Of a stretch of DNA of 64,000 nt, positions 48,251 to 60,690 are shown piece after piece. The DNA comes from an uncultured virus (IMG/VR IMGVR_UViG_3300025124_000003) (taxonomy: Duplodnaviria > Heunggongvirae > Uroviricota > Caudoviricetes): IMG/VR virus record IMGVR_UViG_3300025124_000003; one strand, 5' to 3'. The number at the start of each line of letters is the position of its first letter. Within the stretch, counting starts at the first letter, position 1. Made by a program: the position numbers and the translations under genes. The notes beneath the pieces were generated by a model, which did no database searches, was not told the DNA's origin, and saw nothing but the letters and a program-made list of their open reading frames with translations.

Positions 48251-51200
48251 CCTAATCTTTTGGATATTTCGGGTGTCATTCCACCCTTTTCTTTGAATAC
48301 CTTGGAAAAATAATCACCTGTATCACCTTGAAGAAGAGGTTCGCCAATTACAGAAAATCTCCACATATAAGCCATATCAAACTGACTCATACTATTAATC
48401 CTTTGTTTTTCTTGTTCGGTCATTTATCAATTATCCTTTTTCTTTAGACTCACCAAAAAGTCATAGAAAACCCTGATATCAGACAAGTCAATATCCTCAT
48501 CCGAATCTTTCTCGTTGTATAAACAGTGTTCGGTACCGTAGTTACACTCCCATATCCACCAACTAAGCCAACAGTCATCATTATCTAAGTGTTTTGATAA
48601 CAGTTCAATAACAACACTAATGATATTACATGAATATGTACCTATTCCTTCACCAACCAAATCATGAAGTTTTTGGTCTTTCTCGTCATAATCTTTGATT
48701 ATTTTTATTGTTTTTTTGAATGTATCAAAATCAATCATTATCTTCTCCTCCATACTGTTTAATTAATTCCTTCATATATTGAATATTTTTGATAAGGTCA
48801 TCAATTTCATCCAGATCAAAACGTAATTCTTGATCACCTGTATCAGGAAATTGCTTCAAGGATATAAACATTCCAGCACCCTCATCGTCGATGCTTATGT
48901 TTGTGACTGAGTGACCAAAAATAGGATTATCACCCTCACGGAACATATTAACTTTCGTAAACAACGCTTTCATTTAAAAATCCTTTCTTATAATTATTTT
49001 TCAACCAATTGGACGTTTTGTATATCCCGCTTCCATTCATCTAATGTCAATTTGTTTATATCAACTTCACTATGAGAATATGTTTTGTTATTGTTTTCGT
49101 CGAAACCTAATACTTCATATTCATACTTTCCACCACGACCACATGCTTCCAATTCACCGGCATTGATGGCATCTTGTTCGTTGTGATAAACACCTACCAC
49201 ATAACTATGGTTTTCCCTACAACCCCAACGATACATTGTGACGACATAATTCATGACTCTTTGATCCTCTCATTTATGAAGTCTTCTATTAAACAAATAT
49301 CAACATGTTTTGGTAACCATAGACCACCAAATTCATGTGCATAATGTTGATCTTTATCAGACCATATTTCAGCGCGATAATATCTAAAATCTTTCATGCC
49401 TTTAGGTAGACTTGAATTGTTCAATACCATTTCTTCGGTGAAATCTATGGTAACACCGTTAATCATTCCTGAACCTGTAGAAAGAAGGAATATCATCACT
49501 GAAATGAATTTCGTCAGTCGAGCCGCTATAATGGTCGAAGTGGTTACCATAACCATCAGCCTGAACGTATGACTCCTGTAGTTTTTCCAGTTTTCCCAAA
49601 GACAGAACCAGTTTACCAATTGCGGTATATGCCTCACACTTCTGCATTTCCTCAATCACATCTTGGTCAATTTCCAGAACACTAGCAAGTAACCATGCAT
49701 TAAAGCAACCAAGGATATACTCATCACTGGATAGCTCATCTTGCATGATTTTGTCGATCTCATCTCCATTAATATAGCGATAGCGACCAATTACAAAATC
49801 ATCATCACATACCATAACATGTTCAACAAATTCACGTAGTTCTTCTGCGGATAAATCGTATTCGAGGCGCAATTTTTTAAGTTCGGAGTATTTGAAATGC
49901 ATGTCTTTTCCTTTCTTGTTAAGAGTTTATTGTAGTTTACTCGTTTGATTCAAGAATGTCAATGCTTCATGAATGAGTCCTTCACCCATCCAGTGAGAAT
50001 TCTCAAGTGATTTAGCTTCGACCATATGCTTGTGACGGGTTGATACTTCAAATAGTGGTATAAATTACTCCTTTTCTTTGTTATCTGTACAATTTTTACA
50101 ACGAACTTTAATCCATCCGTTTCTGGTTATTTCTCCGTGGTCACCACAATTCTCACAAATCATAGAAGACATAGATTCTGCAAAACTAATAATACCACTT
50201 AGGTAATCAGAACTTCTTGTTTCCCCTTTATAGGGATGATTAGTATCATTTTCTTCTGTATGATAGTAAAAACGTAGTGTTCCGAATTTTTCTTTGATCT
50301 GGTCAGCAACGACTTGTGGATACCCATTTTTATCATGGTGAAATTGAAGGCAATGCATTAATTTATCGAGCAAAGGTAACCATCCATCATTTACAGAAAT
50401 ACCATCATGAACCCATGACATACAAGTTTCTCTTGCATTACCACCAAGATTTTTTAGAATTTTGGGATATTTTTCTTTTAATGCCAAGTCTCGTTTTTTC
50501 TTTTTTTCATATATTAATTCGTAATCCATTTTACTCCTCACTAGGTTAATATTTCAGTCAATATGAGACCAGACAGAAACACCCTTAATACCGTGACTGT
50601 CGAGAACGTTAAGAGCGGCATATGAACATGCCTCACGAAGACCCCATTCTTGACGCCCGGAATATTTGCTGTTTAAATGAACGGCATTATTATAACCATT
50701 TTGAATCTTTTTGATATATTTGGCGAACCCTGTACGTTTATCGGTAATCTGGACATACGCAATGCCACAAACATCTAACATGGTACCAAGGCTTTTGCCA
50801 TATGCTTTACCAGTAATAACATCAGCATTATAGACAGCATATACTGGTTCAGTGTGTTCCACTACCCATTTATCACCTGCAGCTTCTGCGGCCATGTTAG
50901 CTTCTTCCATAATTTTTTTCGAAATTCTTGGCGACCATATTTTTCCTTTCTTAAGGGGGTTTCGTCACCAACAAATACATAATATCACGTCATCTCATAA
51001 ATTTCAACAATAAAATTATAGAAATCCCTTGGGTCAGAAATATCATACCTTTCCTTGGAGTCTTTTTCTATGTAATAACAATCTTTTGTACCAAAATCAC
51101 ATTCCCATGCCCACCACTCAATCCACTTGTCTTTGTCGCCGTTAAAATGGTGTTCTAATAGCTCAACGATACAATCATTAGAGTCAACTGTATATGTGCC

Positions 51201-52792
51201 GACACCATCCCCAACAAGGTTCTGTAATTGTCTATCTCGTATAACATTTTGTTTAATGGTAAACAAAGCATTTCTAAATGTCTCAAAATCTAACATTTCA
51301 TCTCCTAAATCCGAAATAAATCTTCTGATAAAATATCTTCTGATACAGCCTCAAGACTATCTATGTGATAGATATAGTCACGAAAATTTCCATTAATATC
51401 TTTTCCTCTTATTCCTACTAAAGTGGCACTGTCGGGGAATTTCAAATGCGGAGATACATATATAACGGTCATGATTTGAGAAAAATCAAATGTTACCAGT
51501 TCATGTGTCTTGAAATACAGCAAACCCATGTGTTTCGCCATATCGTTATAGGAACTATACATTCCACCATAATTGATTATTCTAACGTTTTGACCTACTT
51601 TTATCATCAAATAATCCAATCAGTGTTCATGACATCAAAATCTTCACCCATGATTTCAATGATAAAAACCCCGTCTTTTTCGCTTTGTTTAATGAAGTTA
51701 TTAATAACACTCAAACCGTAACCATTTGATCCATAAGAGGTCTTACGGCAATTATATACAGAACCAGAAGATCCCTTGAAGTAGTAATAATAATCGTCTT
51801 CTGTGACTGATGTGATACCAGAATTCATCTTCCATGAGTCACCATCAAGATATCCACCAGACCACGTTGCAAAAACTCTATAATGAGGATCATAACCGCT
51901 TATTGTTACAATTAACCATTTGTCTGGTGTATATTCTGACATTTTATGATCTCTTTTATTTGTCTGTTACAGGGGGAACCGGCATATATCTCCACCAATC
52001 AGGTGATACATTTACACCGTCAATATGCATGGGTTTCCATTCACCCTCTTCATACAGTGTCTCTGTCACCATCCCCCCAAAGCTTGCAATAATTACACAA
52101 AAACGATTACCCGTAGCATGTGTTGTATATTCTGGCAGTTTTTCTGATGGTTTATACCAAGAATCATCACTCATTTCCGTCTCCCCTTAGATACAAAACT
52201 TCCTCTTGTTGATATTCTTCTGCCTCATCAGCACTATCAAGTATATCATGTTTACCGTGGTACCATTCCTTGTGGACATTGAGACAGACATTAAGTTTGA
52301 CAACTCTGTCAACATCATCATATCCTGCTTCATATCCCCTGACCACAACCCTCATTTCGGGGTCATGGTCTTTCAGGATATCCATCAATTCATATACTTT
52401 CATTTGGATAATTCCCCTTTGATCTTATGATATAATGCAGTCTGATTATGGTTCAGGTCACTATAGCTCAACTTATCTGGTTCGGAACCATCACCAAACC
52501 GTTTGATGATTTCCCAATTGCCCCCAATAAGATATGTGCCATTGTCGTAATTGTCCGTGTCAAGTTGATTGAGACAGCCAATACCAACGGAAGTAGAACC
52601 TTCAAAGTATTCACAAATCAATCCACAAAGACGAGCCATGCTATATTGTTCATCTGATGCGGGAAGGCGATATCCACGATCCTTTGCTACATCAAGGAAT
52701 GCGAGAACTGATTCAAGACCACCATTCCAATGAAGATAAATACCTACTGAATCGGGTTCTTCACTGTGACAAATAACCGCACGATTTCCCAT
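48238..52792 (-). other. Block of about 14 small hypothetical early phage genes
   Basis: Tightly packed minus-strand ORFs with SD sequences. Includes paralogs 48427-48753 and 50985-51296, the QIKEKFG.LRFY protein 50065-50541, the GGYLDGDSW protein 51607-51942, the YLHWNGG protein 52400-52792 and frameshifted 50554-50938. Confidence 0.7.
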
Positions 52793-52794
52793 GA

Positions 52795-53817
52795 TTAATC
52801 CCCGCCTTTAAGTAAGAATTTGTTACTTATTACTTTAAAACTCAAGTGTCCACCAAATTCAGTGTTCACCAAACCATCCACTTCAAATACGAGTCCTTCC
52901 CTTTCATTCTTGGTATTATTATATTTTCCTTCTGCAATGTCAAGTACTTTTTCGAGTGTCATATCAAAATGATCACCGCGAGAGTCTAATGCGACATGTG
53001 GAATACCATAAGATTTGCATAATTTAATTCTTTCATCATAAAACAAATACCTCTTTTTGAGTTGGTCATAAACACGAAAAATATGGAATTCTATATCTTT
53101 GAGTCCGAGACGGTTATTTTGGATTCCAGGTCCTACAACTTCACCCTGAACAACAAGATAAGGGGGGATTTCGTGAAGTTTGTATTTACGGGCAATATTC
53201 CAATAAACGTTATCACCATCATGGATTTTAAGATTACGTGAACATGTAAAGAACTCATCGTTGTCATATCCAAAAGTCGCGGAAGTACCATCATATTTGA
53301 CGGTTGCCACCCAAGGAAGACCTTTAAACTTGTCAAGGTAATCCATGTTGGATTGAATACGATCTTCATCGGACTTAGGGAGGATATAAGAAGGGAAGAC
53401 CCCCTTTGCATCACCATTTTTGAACAGAATAGGAGGTTCGTATTTTTCGACACCAAGGAAATTAGTTACATCATCCCCTACTTTCCAGTTAACAATGGAG
53501 ATATCTTCATCCATTTTATCCCAAAAATCACCATCATCAAGAATTTTCTTAAATCTATCGAAAGTAATGCAATACCCCTGTGAGAGTTGACCACGAAGAC
53601 GAATAGTTTTGATGCGCCCTTTGGAATTTTCTAATTCAGGGAATTTGTCTAATGGGAGAATAGAATCAATTTCAAAATAGACGCACAAATCGCCTACATT
53701 AAAATCACCTTTCCCGACAACAACTTTCCAACCATTGACAGTTGCGACTTCAATTCGATCAGCACCTTCAATTGGTTGAATGTTCATAATTTTCTGAATA
53801 CTTGATAATTTTCTCAT
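52795..53817 (-). CDS. ATP-dependent RNA ligase, DRB0094-like (OB + adenylation domains)
   Basis: PIEGADRIE..V.GW.VVV, YFEIDS, LRGQLSQG, KYDGTS, QGEVVGPGIQ.N, REGLV, SFKVIS. Confidence 0.92.
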   Translation of the reverse strand: MRKLSSIQKIMNIQPIEGADRIEVATVNGWKVVVGKGDFNVGDLCVYFEIDSILPLDKFPELENSKGRIKTIRLRGQLSQGYCITFDRFKKILDDGDFWDKMDEDISIVNWKVGDDVTNFLGVEKYEPPILFKNGDAKGVFPSYILPKSDEDRIQSNMDYLDKFKGLPWVATVKYDGTSATFGYDNDEFFTCSRNLKIHDGDNVYWNIARKYKLHEIPPYLVVQGEVVGPGIQNNRLGLKDIEFHIFRVYDQLKKRYLFYDERIKLCKSYGIPHVALDSRGDHFDMTLEKVLDIAEGKYNNTKNEREGLVFEVDGLVNTEFGGHLSFKVISNKFLLKGGD

Positions 53818-53819
53818 AC

Positions 53820-54098
53820 TTATACCCTTGTTGTATAGCTTTTATAGGAACGGACAGGGGAATTCTTATAACACCTTTTACCATATTTAATGTTGACATT
53901 GACACCACGTCTTTCCTGTGCCCGAAGGTAGGTAATCATATCATAATCTTCTTCGAGATAGACAGATTGACCACGTTGATACGAGTAGGGGGTAATGTCA
54001 TCAGCAATACCAAGTTCATCAAGTTCTTTACGTTTTACCGACAACCAACCATGTGACCAATCATTCAATTTGGTTTTTGTGACTTCTTTCATAATCAA
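53820..54098 (-). CDS. Conserved hypothetical protein (HGWL.V...YLEED)
   Basis: Own TTGACA promoter at about 54152-54157. Confidence 0.6.
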   Translation of the reverse strand: MIMKEVTKTKLNDWSHGWLSVKRKELDELGIADDITPYSYQRGQSVYLEEDYDMITYLRAQERRGVNVNIKYGKRCYKNSPVRSYKSYTTRV

Positions 54099-54197
54099 TC
54101 CTCTCCGCTAAATGCCAACGATAAATATAGTATAGGTCAATCTTCGTGGTATGTCAAGAAAATTATAAATACAAATATCAAAAAGGAGGAATATCAC

Positions 54198-55003
54198 ATG
54201 AAAAACATTGATTCTATCGTGGAGCAATACCTATGTGAATCCACTACAGAAGTTTTCGATGTATTGGGTCATATATCCAGAACAAAGAAAGTAAAAGGGG
54301 TGAGACAATCAAATCAAACCATTTTAATTGACAAGAACCTTTTACCCGATTCTGATAGCATTACCCTTGAGGATAAAAGAGGTCATAGATATACTCGTGA
54401 TATATCATTGGAAAAATATAGTGACAATAAATATGTTTATGTGATGATATAAAGGAGAAAATAAATGGATATTGTAAGCAAAATAACAAAGTATATTAAT
54501 GAAGCCAAAAGTGATTATGAATTGTATCATGACACGTATACCTCTGCTGCTGACGAGGCTCTTGCTTTGGCAAAAAGAATGGGATATGAGACTGATGATT
54601 CTGAGACATTTGATATTATAGGAACAGGACCAAAGAAACCTTCAAAAGGTAAAACTGTTAAATTGAGCATTCCGCTATACAAAGGTGGTAAAAAGCAACG
54701 AAAAGCTCTTCATTTTCAGGTTTATAACAGAGATACGGACAGAAATACTTACGAACTTAATGCTTACATATCATAGGAGGATTATAAATGAATAATATAA
54801 ATTATATCACAGAGAAATATATTGGTGAAAAAGACATAAATGATTATCATCAAATAGAAAGTGCATTAATTAAATGGAATGAGTTTGATGAATATTTTAG
54901 ATATGTTTCTGTTAGGGTGACTGATAAAGAATTAAAGAAGAAGATAATGAAAATAGAAACAGAAATGAGAAAATTAGAAAAACAGTTGAGAGATTTAGTC
55001 TAA
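54198..55003 (+). other. Late mini-operon of three small head-targeting-tagged proteins (54198-54452, 54465-54776, 54788-55003)
   Basis: TATAAATA at 54164-54171; leaders ..QYLCE, ..KYINE, ..YITE; strong SDs; inverted relative to the surrounding early genes. Confidence 0.7.
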
Positions 55004-55014
55004 TAATAAGTAAG

Positions 55015-55054
55015 ACAAAACCTCATCACTTGTTCATAAATGATGAGGTTTTGT
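55015..55054. terminator. Bidirectional terminator
   Basis: acaaaacctcatca ... tgatgaggttttgt. Confidence 0.8.
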
Positions 55055-55066
55055 TAGTATTAATGT

Positions 55067-55160
55067 ATGAACAGTAGTTGTAGTTATCGAATTTTATAGG
55101 TGCTACCTAATAACGAAAGAGCGAATTTCATACATCGACACTTCTACAACTACTATTCAT
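55067..55160 (-). ncRNA. Structured element closed by a 17-bp stem
   Basis: Arms 55067-55083 and 55144-55160; the single mismatch becomes a G-U pair on the minus strand; internal helices. Confidence 0.45.
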
Positions 55161-55162
55161 TT

Positions 55163-55428
<266 letters not shown>

Positions 55429-55444
55429 CTCAACCACTATGTAT

Positions 55445-55473
55445 ATGATACTATAAACGATTATTCAAGTCAA
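55445..55473 (-). promoter_or_regulatory. Sigma70-type promoter for the rRNA-mimic RNA
   Basis: TTGACT (55473-55468), 17-nt spacer, TATCAT (55450-55445); no SD/ORF downstream. Confidence 0.75.
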
Positions 55474-55502
55474 CTTTTAACGTATCGATTAAATTAATAA
55501 AT

Positions 55503-58500
55503 TCAGTTTTTATATTGTACATTCTCCACAGAAGCTATTAATTTTTCTAAGGCTTTTATTTCATTTTTATAATTATCTATCATGGCTTGTTTAAGCGTCA
55601 CAAAAGCCTCTTGATCAGGCATATCTTGTGGATGATCGTAGAAACCGCAAGGATTCGGTTTGGTCTCAATTTCCTCTCGATCCCCCGGTACATTCTGAAA
55701 ATGTGCATACATGGTACCATCAATACGTTTCTTAAATTCCACAGTTTTATAGAACATTTTAGAATCCCTTCATCGTTTATACATATATCATATCCTAATA
55801 CAAAGAAAAAGTCAACATCTGTTTTTTTCAATCTTTAATCGTTAAAAAATGATAACGAACAATCATCGTCTTCTCTAGGATCATACTCTTTCCAATCACT
55901 GCATAGTTTATCATATTCTATAACCCTTTCATCTAATGTTTTTGGATGATTCTTCCAATATTTGATGTGAGGTTCCGCTTCCCGATAAATCGCGGATCTT
56001 ATGTGACACCGGATTTTTGCTTCTTCATATTTCATATAATTTATCTCGCAACAATTTTTTGAAGTTCTTTTTTCAGCCGTTTATGGAAATCATCTTCACC
56101 ATCATCACCAGATACCAACCAGTCAACACGTTGAACATAAACTTCAGCAATTTTTAAGTAGTCTACTGCTTTACGAAATTCTTCAAGAGTTTCTTCTGAA
56201 AATCCATAAGAATATCCATACTCATTTTCAACATTATTATGAGCAATAATTTCTTCAATACTTTGTGCTATATCATGAAGACGGTATTGTTGATAATCAA
56301 AATGTCCACCACTCATTTTATCTCTCCTTCAAGAATTCGTAAATTTTATCTGCAAATACGCTAGGATTAATCATTTCTTCGTCAAGCCATGAACTATAGT
56401 TACCTGTGATAGTTTCAATTTGTTCACAAGCAAATTCATTCCACCAGTCTTTTTTGACTGAGAACTCCCACAGTTTACCGAAACTATCCCATGTGGAAAA
56501 ATCAAGGTTTCTTGTAATACATACATCATATTCGTGAATAGAATTCCATCCAGCACCACATGAACATTTATGTTTGTAACGAGTCTCGGATATACCTTCA
56601 AGCTCAAACACGTATGGAGAATGTGTTACTTCATGATATTTTAATCCCATTAACTCTGATAAGAATTTATTTCTCATATTCAACACTTTTTATTTCACTT
56701 TATAATTTAGCATAGTTAAGACTTTTGCTGAATCTTCGGTATTCATACAAATTTCACCAACATTATCAAGTGATTCAATACAGATATTTTGAACTTCTCT
56801 GATGACATCCCTCAAATCATTCTCTTTTTTGAATAGATGTTTTGCTGTAGACATAATCAAATGATAATCATAACTATCACGAAAGTCTTTCTGAACAACA
56901 AAATAATCAGACTGTTTATTGTACGATTCGTTGGCGTCTTCACAAATTTTTACAAAATCATCATCAGTTAAATTCATATATCCTCACTCCATGCTCCACA
57001 GCAACATTCATTATCATTATGAGCATGACATAGACAAACTCTATGCAAGTGTCCTGTTTCCTTATTTAATGAATATCCAACAGACCCAAATTCACCTTGT
57101 AAGACCAAAATAGGATATCTTGGGTCTTCTGCTGTTATATAATAAGTTATTCCGTATTCACTATTCACTTATTTGTTCTCGTTGATTGTGAACATATCAT
57201 AACACCATGAATTTACAAATACAGTACAATCAAGTTCATCATCATCAAATACGACACTAGGAAATCTCTCACTCACAGCATCAATAAATCGATCTTGTAG
57301 AATTTCATCACTTGGTCTTTCGCCGTTGATCTCAATCTCTACTTCAAGAGCAAATTTGAGTGTATATTTCTGTTTCATTTATAATGATTCCTTTGATTTA
57401 TATGATTATCACATGATTCACATGGTTGTATCCATGATTCACATGCACAATCAGTACAATTATGTTTAGATAACATTGTATTTCTACAATCTTTACATAA
57501 TCCCTCGGTCATAACAGTATCATCACATTCAGGACATATCACAAAATCCTCACATATTGACCAAGTTTCTCCTTGAAGCAGTGCTGACACATATCTAGTT
57601 GGTACTCGTATCCATCACCCCAAACAGAGCCATATCCACCGACATCTGAGATTGAGATTGATTCTTGTTCTTCGAGTGGTGTGTTTATGATATCCATTCC
57701 ACAGATATCACAGTTCAACTCGGATAACATTCGAGTTTCCATAATTTCAATTTTATACTTACGCACAATTATTATCTCCTACCAGATAATTTCTGTAAGT
57801 TCAATTTCTTCTTTACAATAGGGACAACTCAACTCACAACCAATTAGATCATCCCATGCATTATAAAAAATTGGTGTAAGGATATCACCTGCATTGTCTT
57901 GGTCAAAAGCATCGAATGTTTCTTCACATTTCGGACAATCAACATTCAATGATGCTTGTAGAGTTGCTGATACTTTAAAATTACTCATTTGTTTTATATC
58001 CTGTCCCCAAACAATGAATACATACATTTTCACGCAGACCGGAACTCCTGTTTCGCAATAAACATCTCAAGTCTGATATAAAATATTCTTTCCTATATCT
58101 ACCACGAAAATCTTTATTATTTTCCCATGAATGATCCACAAGATCAATTATTTCATCTATATCATTGTCTGATAATTTATTCATCACTCACCTATCCATA
58201 TTATCAAGAATTCGTTTTAACAATCTTGTTCTTCATAAATCATATTCATAATTTCACTATATGCTTCTAATACATTTCTTCTTGCTAGTTTTACATTTAA
58301 TTCATAGTCATTTTTAAATGGGTGATTTTCCTCTTCATTGGGTGGAAGGTGACTTAATGCATAATTTAAAAGAAAATACACTTTCTTTATCCTACTATTA
58401 TAGTCTTCGTTCATTTTATTATCCTTTCACCTATCCATATTATCAAGAATTTGTTTCGATGTCAAGGGTTCATCAACTTGTTCAATACCAATTAGTTCTT

Positions 58501-59598
58501 TGAGAGTTTTTTTCTTACACCCACCAAGACCATCCATATTATGACCAATCTCGAATGTATGCCAGACATCCCAAATCTTCATACAGAGATCTTGTTTTTC
58601 TTTGTCAAGCTGCCACAGAACATTAACATATTGACTTTTTAGACGTTCAACATACAGACCATTGTTGACCATTTCTTCATTATATGGCATAAGAGTTTTA
58701 TTGATTAAAATGAGGATAGTTGCGTTAACCGCGATTTCCTCGGTGAATTCGTTTCGGATAATACTGAAAATTTCTTGATTTTTCATACTTTATTATACTC
58801 CATCATACGACCCTCTTGATAAATGATTCTTTCCCATATTGATTGAACTCAAGCCAAAGACCACGTTCAGGTTTAACACCCTTCATGGAGTTACCCCAAC
58901 AAGGTGACCAGTACACTTTAATTTCAGATTCCCTGAAGCTATACCCAAGGTACTCTTCGATAACCCTACAGGCATCAGCGCGGGAATAGGCGCATACGTT
59001 GGCGTGTACATCCCCCTATGAGCTTTGAATAGGTCGGCATCCGTTTGGTCTTTCGGTTGCGGAATGAAGCGACCATTCCATACTTTAAGTTGTTTTGCCA
59101 TGATGTTTCTCCTTGGTTTATGTAAAATTTCTTGATTTTTCATACTTTATTACACCCTTCTATTCCAAGGTTTTAATGCTCTCATGAACAATCGACCCAT
59201 CAGTCGAACACCACCTTTTGACCAATATCCAGGCAGACTGACTTGTTTACCTGTAAGGTCACAGTCTCCGCATTGAACAGCATAGGTACCACCCGATACG
59301 ATACCGAAATAAGACACACCACCACAACAAGGACAATTCTTAACACCTTTATAGATTCGTTTGTAGTAGTCCATTATTTTCCACCTTTGCGAGGTTCTTG
59401 TTTTTGGAAGAACAACAGGGTCACGAAAAAGGCGAAAGTGCCAATCGCCCAACCACCAAAGAAGAACATAGTCAATGTTTTACCCACATATGCTTTGGCG
59501 CCCAACATGAGCAACCATGAGAGTACCGTTCCGAAACAAATCACATTCCACCAAATAGGGGCTTCCCAAAGTTTCATTTCTAACAGTGATTTTTTCAT
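55503..59598 (-). other. Block of about 15 small hypothetical early genes, several with Zn-ribbon CxxC pairs
   Basis: Packed minus-strand ORFs; includes frameshifted 58803-59101 and a Lar-like CPCCG protein within 59150-59452. Confidence 0.65.
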
Positions 59599-59744
59599 AC
59601 TTTCTCCAAAAAGAATAGGATTCTGTCAACGACACAACCCTATTCTATCTAATATTCTATTATGAGTCAAGGATTATTTTACTGTCGGATTTCTATTAAT
59701 TCATCTTTAATTTTACCTTCTAATTTCCCCTCTTTGAAGTTCTA

Positions 59745-60428
59745 TTAGTAATTACTAACTTTCAGACCACTCACGTTGTGACCTTTAAGTTCTTCTGTGA
59801 TACGAAGACCACCAGAGGTACCAATGCGATCAGCACCCGCTTCGATCATTTCCCTCATGATTTTGAGGTTGTTGACACCCCCGCTTGCTTTGACCTTGTA
59901 ACGACCACCGCCGATTTCAACCATTTTCCTTACGTCTTCGACCGTTGCTCCTTTTTCCGTAGTTCCGGTACTGGTCTTGATATAGTCAGCATCGCTCATT
60001 GCGACGAGTTTGTACAGGGAATTCTTGACCTTCTCATCAAATTCACTAGTCTCAACAATGACTTTCAGAATTGTGTCACCTATGGCGGCTTTGACCATGT
60101 TGATTTCTTCGAGTATTTCAGCAAAAAAACCGGACTTGGCAAAACCGATGTTGATAACCATGTCGATTTCGTCAGCGCCGTCTTCGACCGCAACTTTGGC
60201 CTCAAAGGCTTTAACCTTGGCTGAATTGGCCCCGAGAGGAAAACCAACAACGGTACAGACTTTAACATCATCATTTTCAAGAAGACCGGCGCACTCTCTG
60301 ACCCATACGGGGTTAACACAGATAGAATATGCTTCCATTTCAACGGCTTCGTCGCAGTGACGGACAATATCATTAAGATTTGTGGTATTTTTTAGAAGGG
60401 TATGGTCAACAACTTTTAGGAAGTTCAT
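59745..60428 (-). CDS. deoC: Deoxyribose-phosphate aldolase
   Basis: DHTLLK, VCTVVGFPLG, GADEIDMV, LKVIVET, YIKTSTG, KASGGV, GADRIGTS. Confidence 0.96.
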   Translation of the reverse strand: MNFLKVVDHTLLKNTTNLNDIVRHCDEAVEMEAYSICVNPVWVRECAGLLENDDVKVCTVVGFPLGANSAKVKAFEAKVAVEDGADEIDMVINIGFAKSGFFAEILEEINMVKAAIGDTILKVIVETSEFDEKVKNSLYKLVAMSDADYIKTSTGTTEKGATVEDVRKMVEIGGGRYKVKASGGVNNLKIMREMIEAGADRIGTSGGLRITEELKGHNVSGLKVSNY

Positions 60429-60493
60429 TTAGAATCCTTTGGGAATGGGTTATTCTCAAATACAACTACATACTACCATATCCATGGATATAG

Positions 60494-60676
60494 TCAATAC
60501 GAATTTTCGTCATCAAAATTAAAATATTCGTATATTTCTAGCCAAATAGCATTATCGATTTCTTCCAAGATGCGATCTTTGTTTGGATTTGAATCATGCT
60601 TATGCGCTCTATTATAACCACTTTCCAACCCATATTCAATACATCTGCATAATACTTTTCTAATATCAGGTTTCAT
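60494..60676 (-). CDS. Hypothetical protein
   Basis: AGGAG SD; G..RAHKH motif. Confidence 0.55.
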   Translation of the reverse strand: MKPDIRKVLCRCIEYGLESGYNRAHKHDSNPNKDRILEEIDNAIWLEIYEYFNFDDENSY

Positions 60677-60690
60677 CTTAAAAACTCCTT

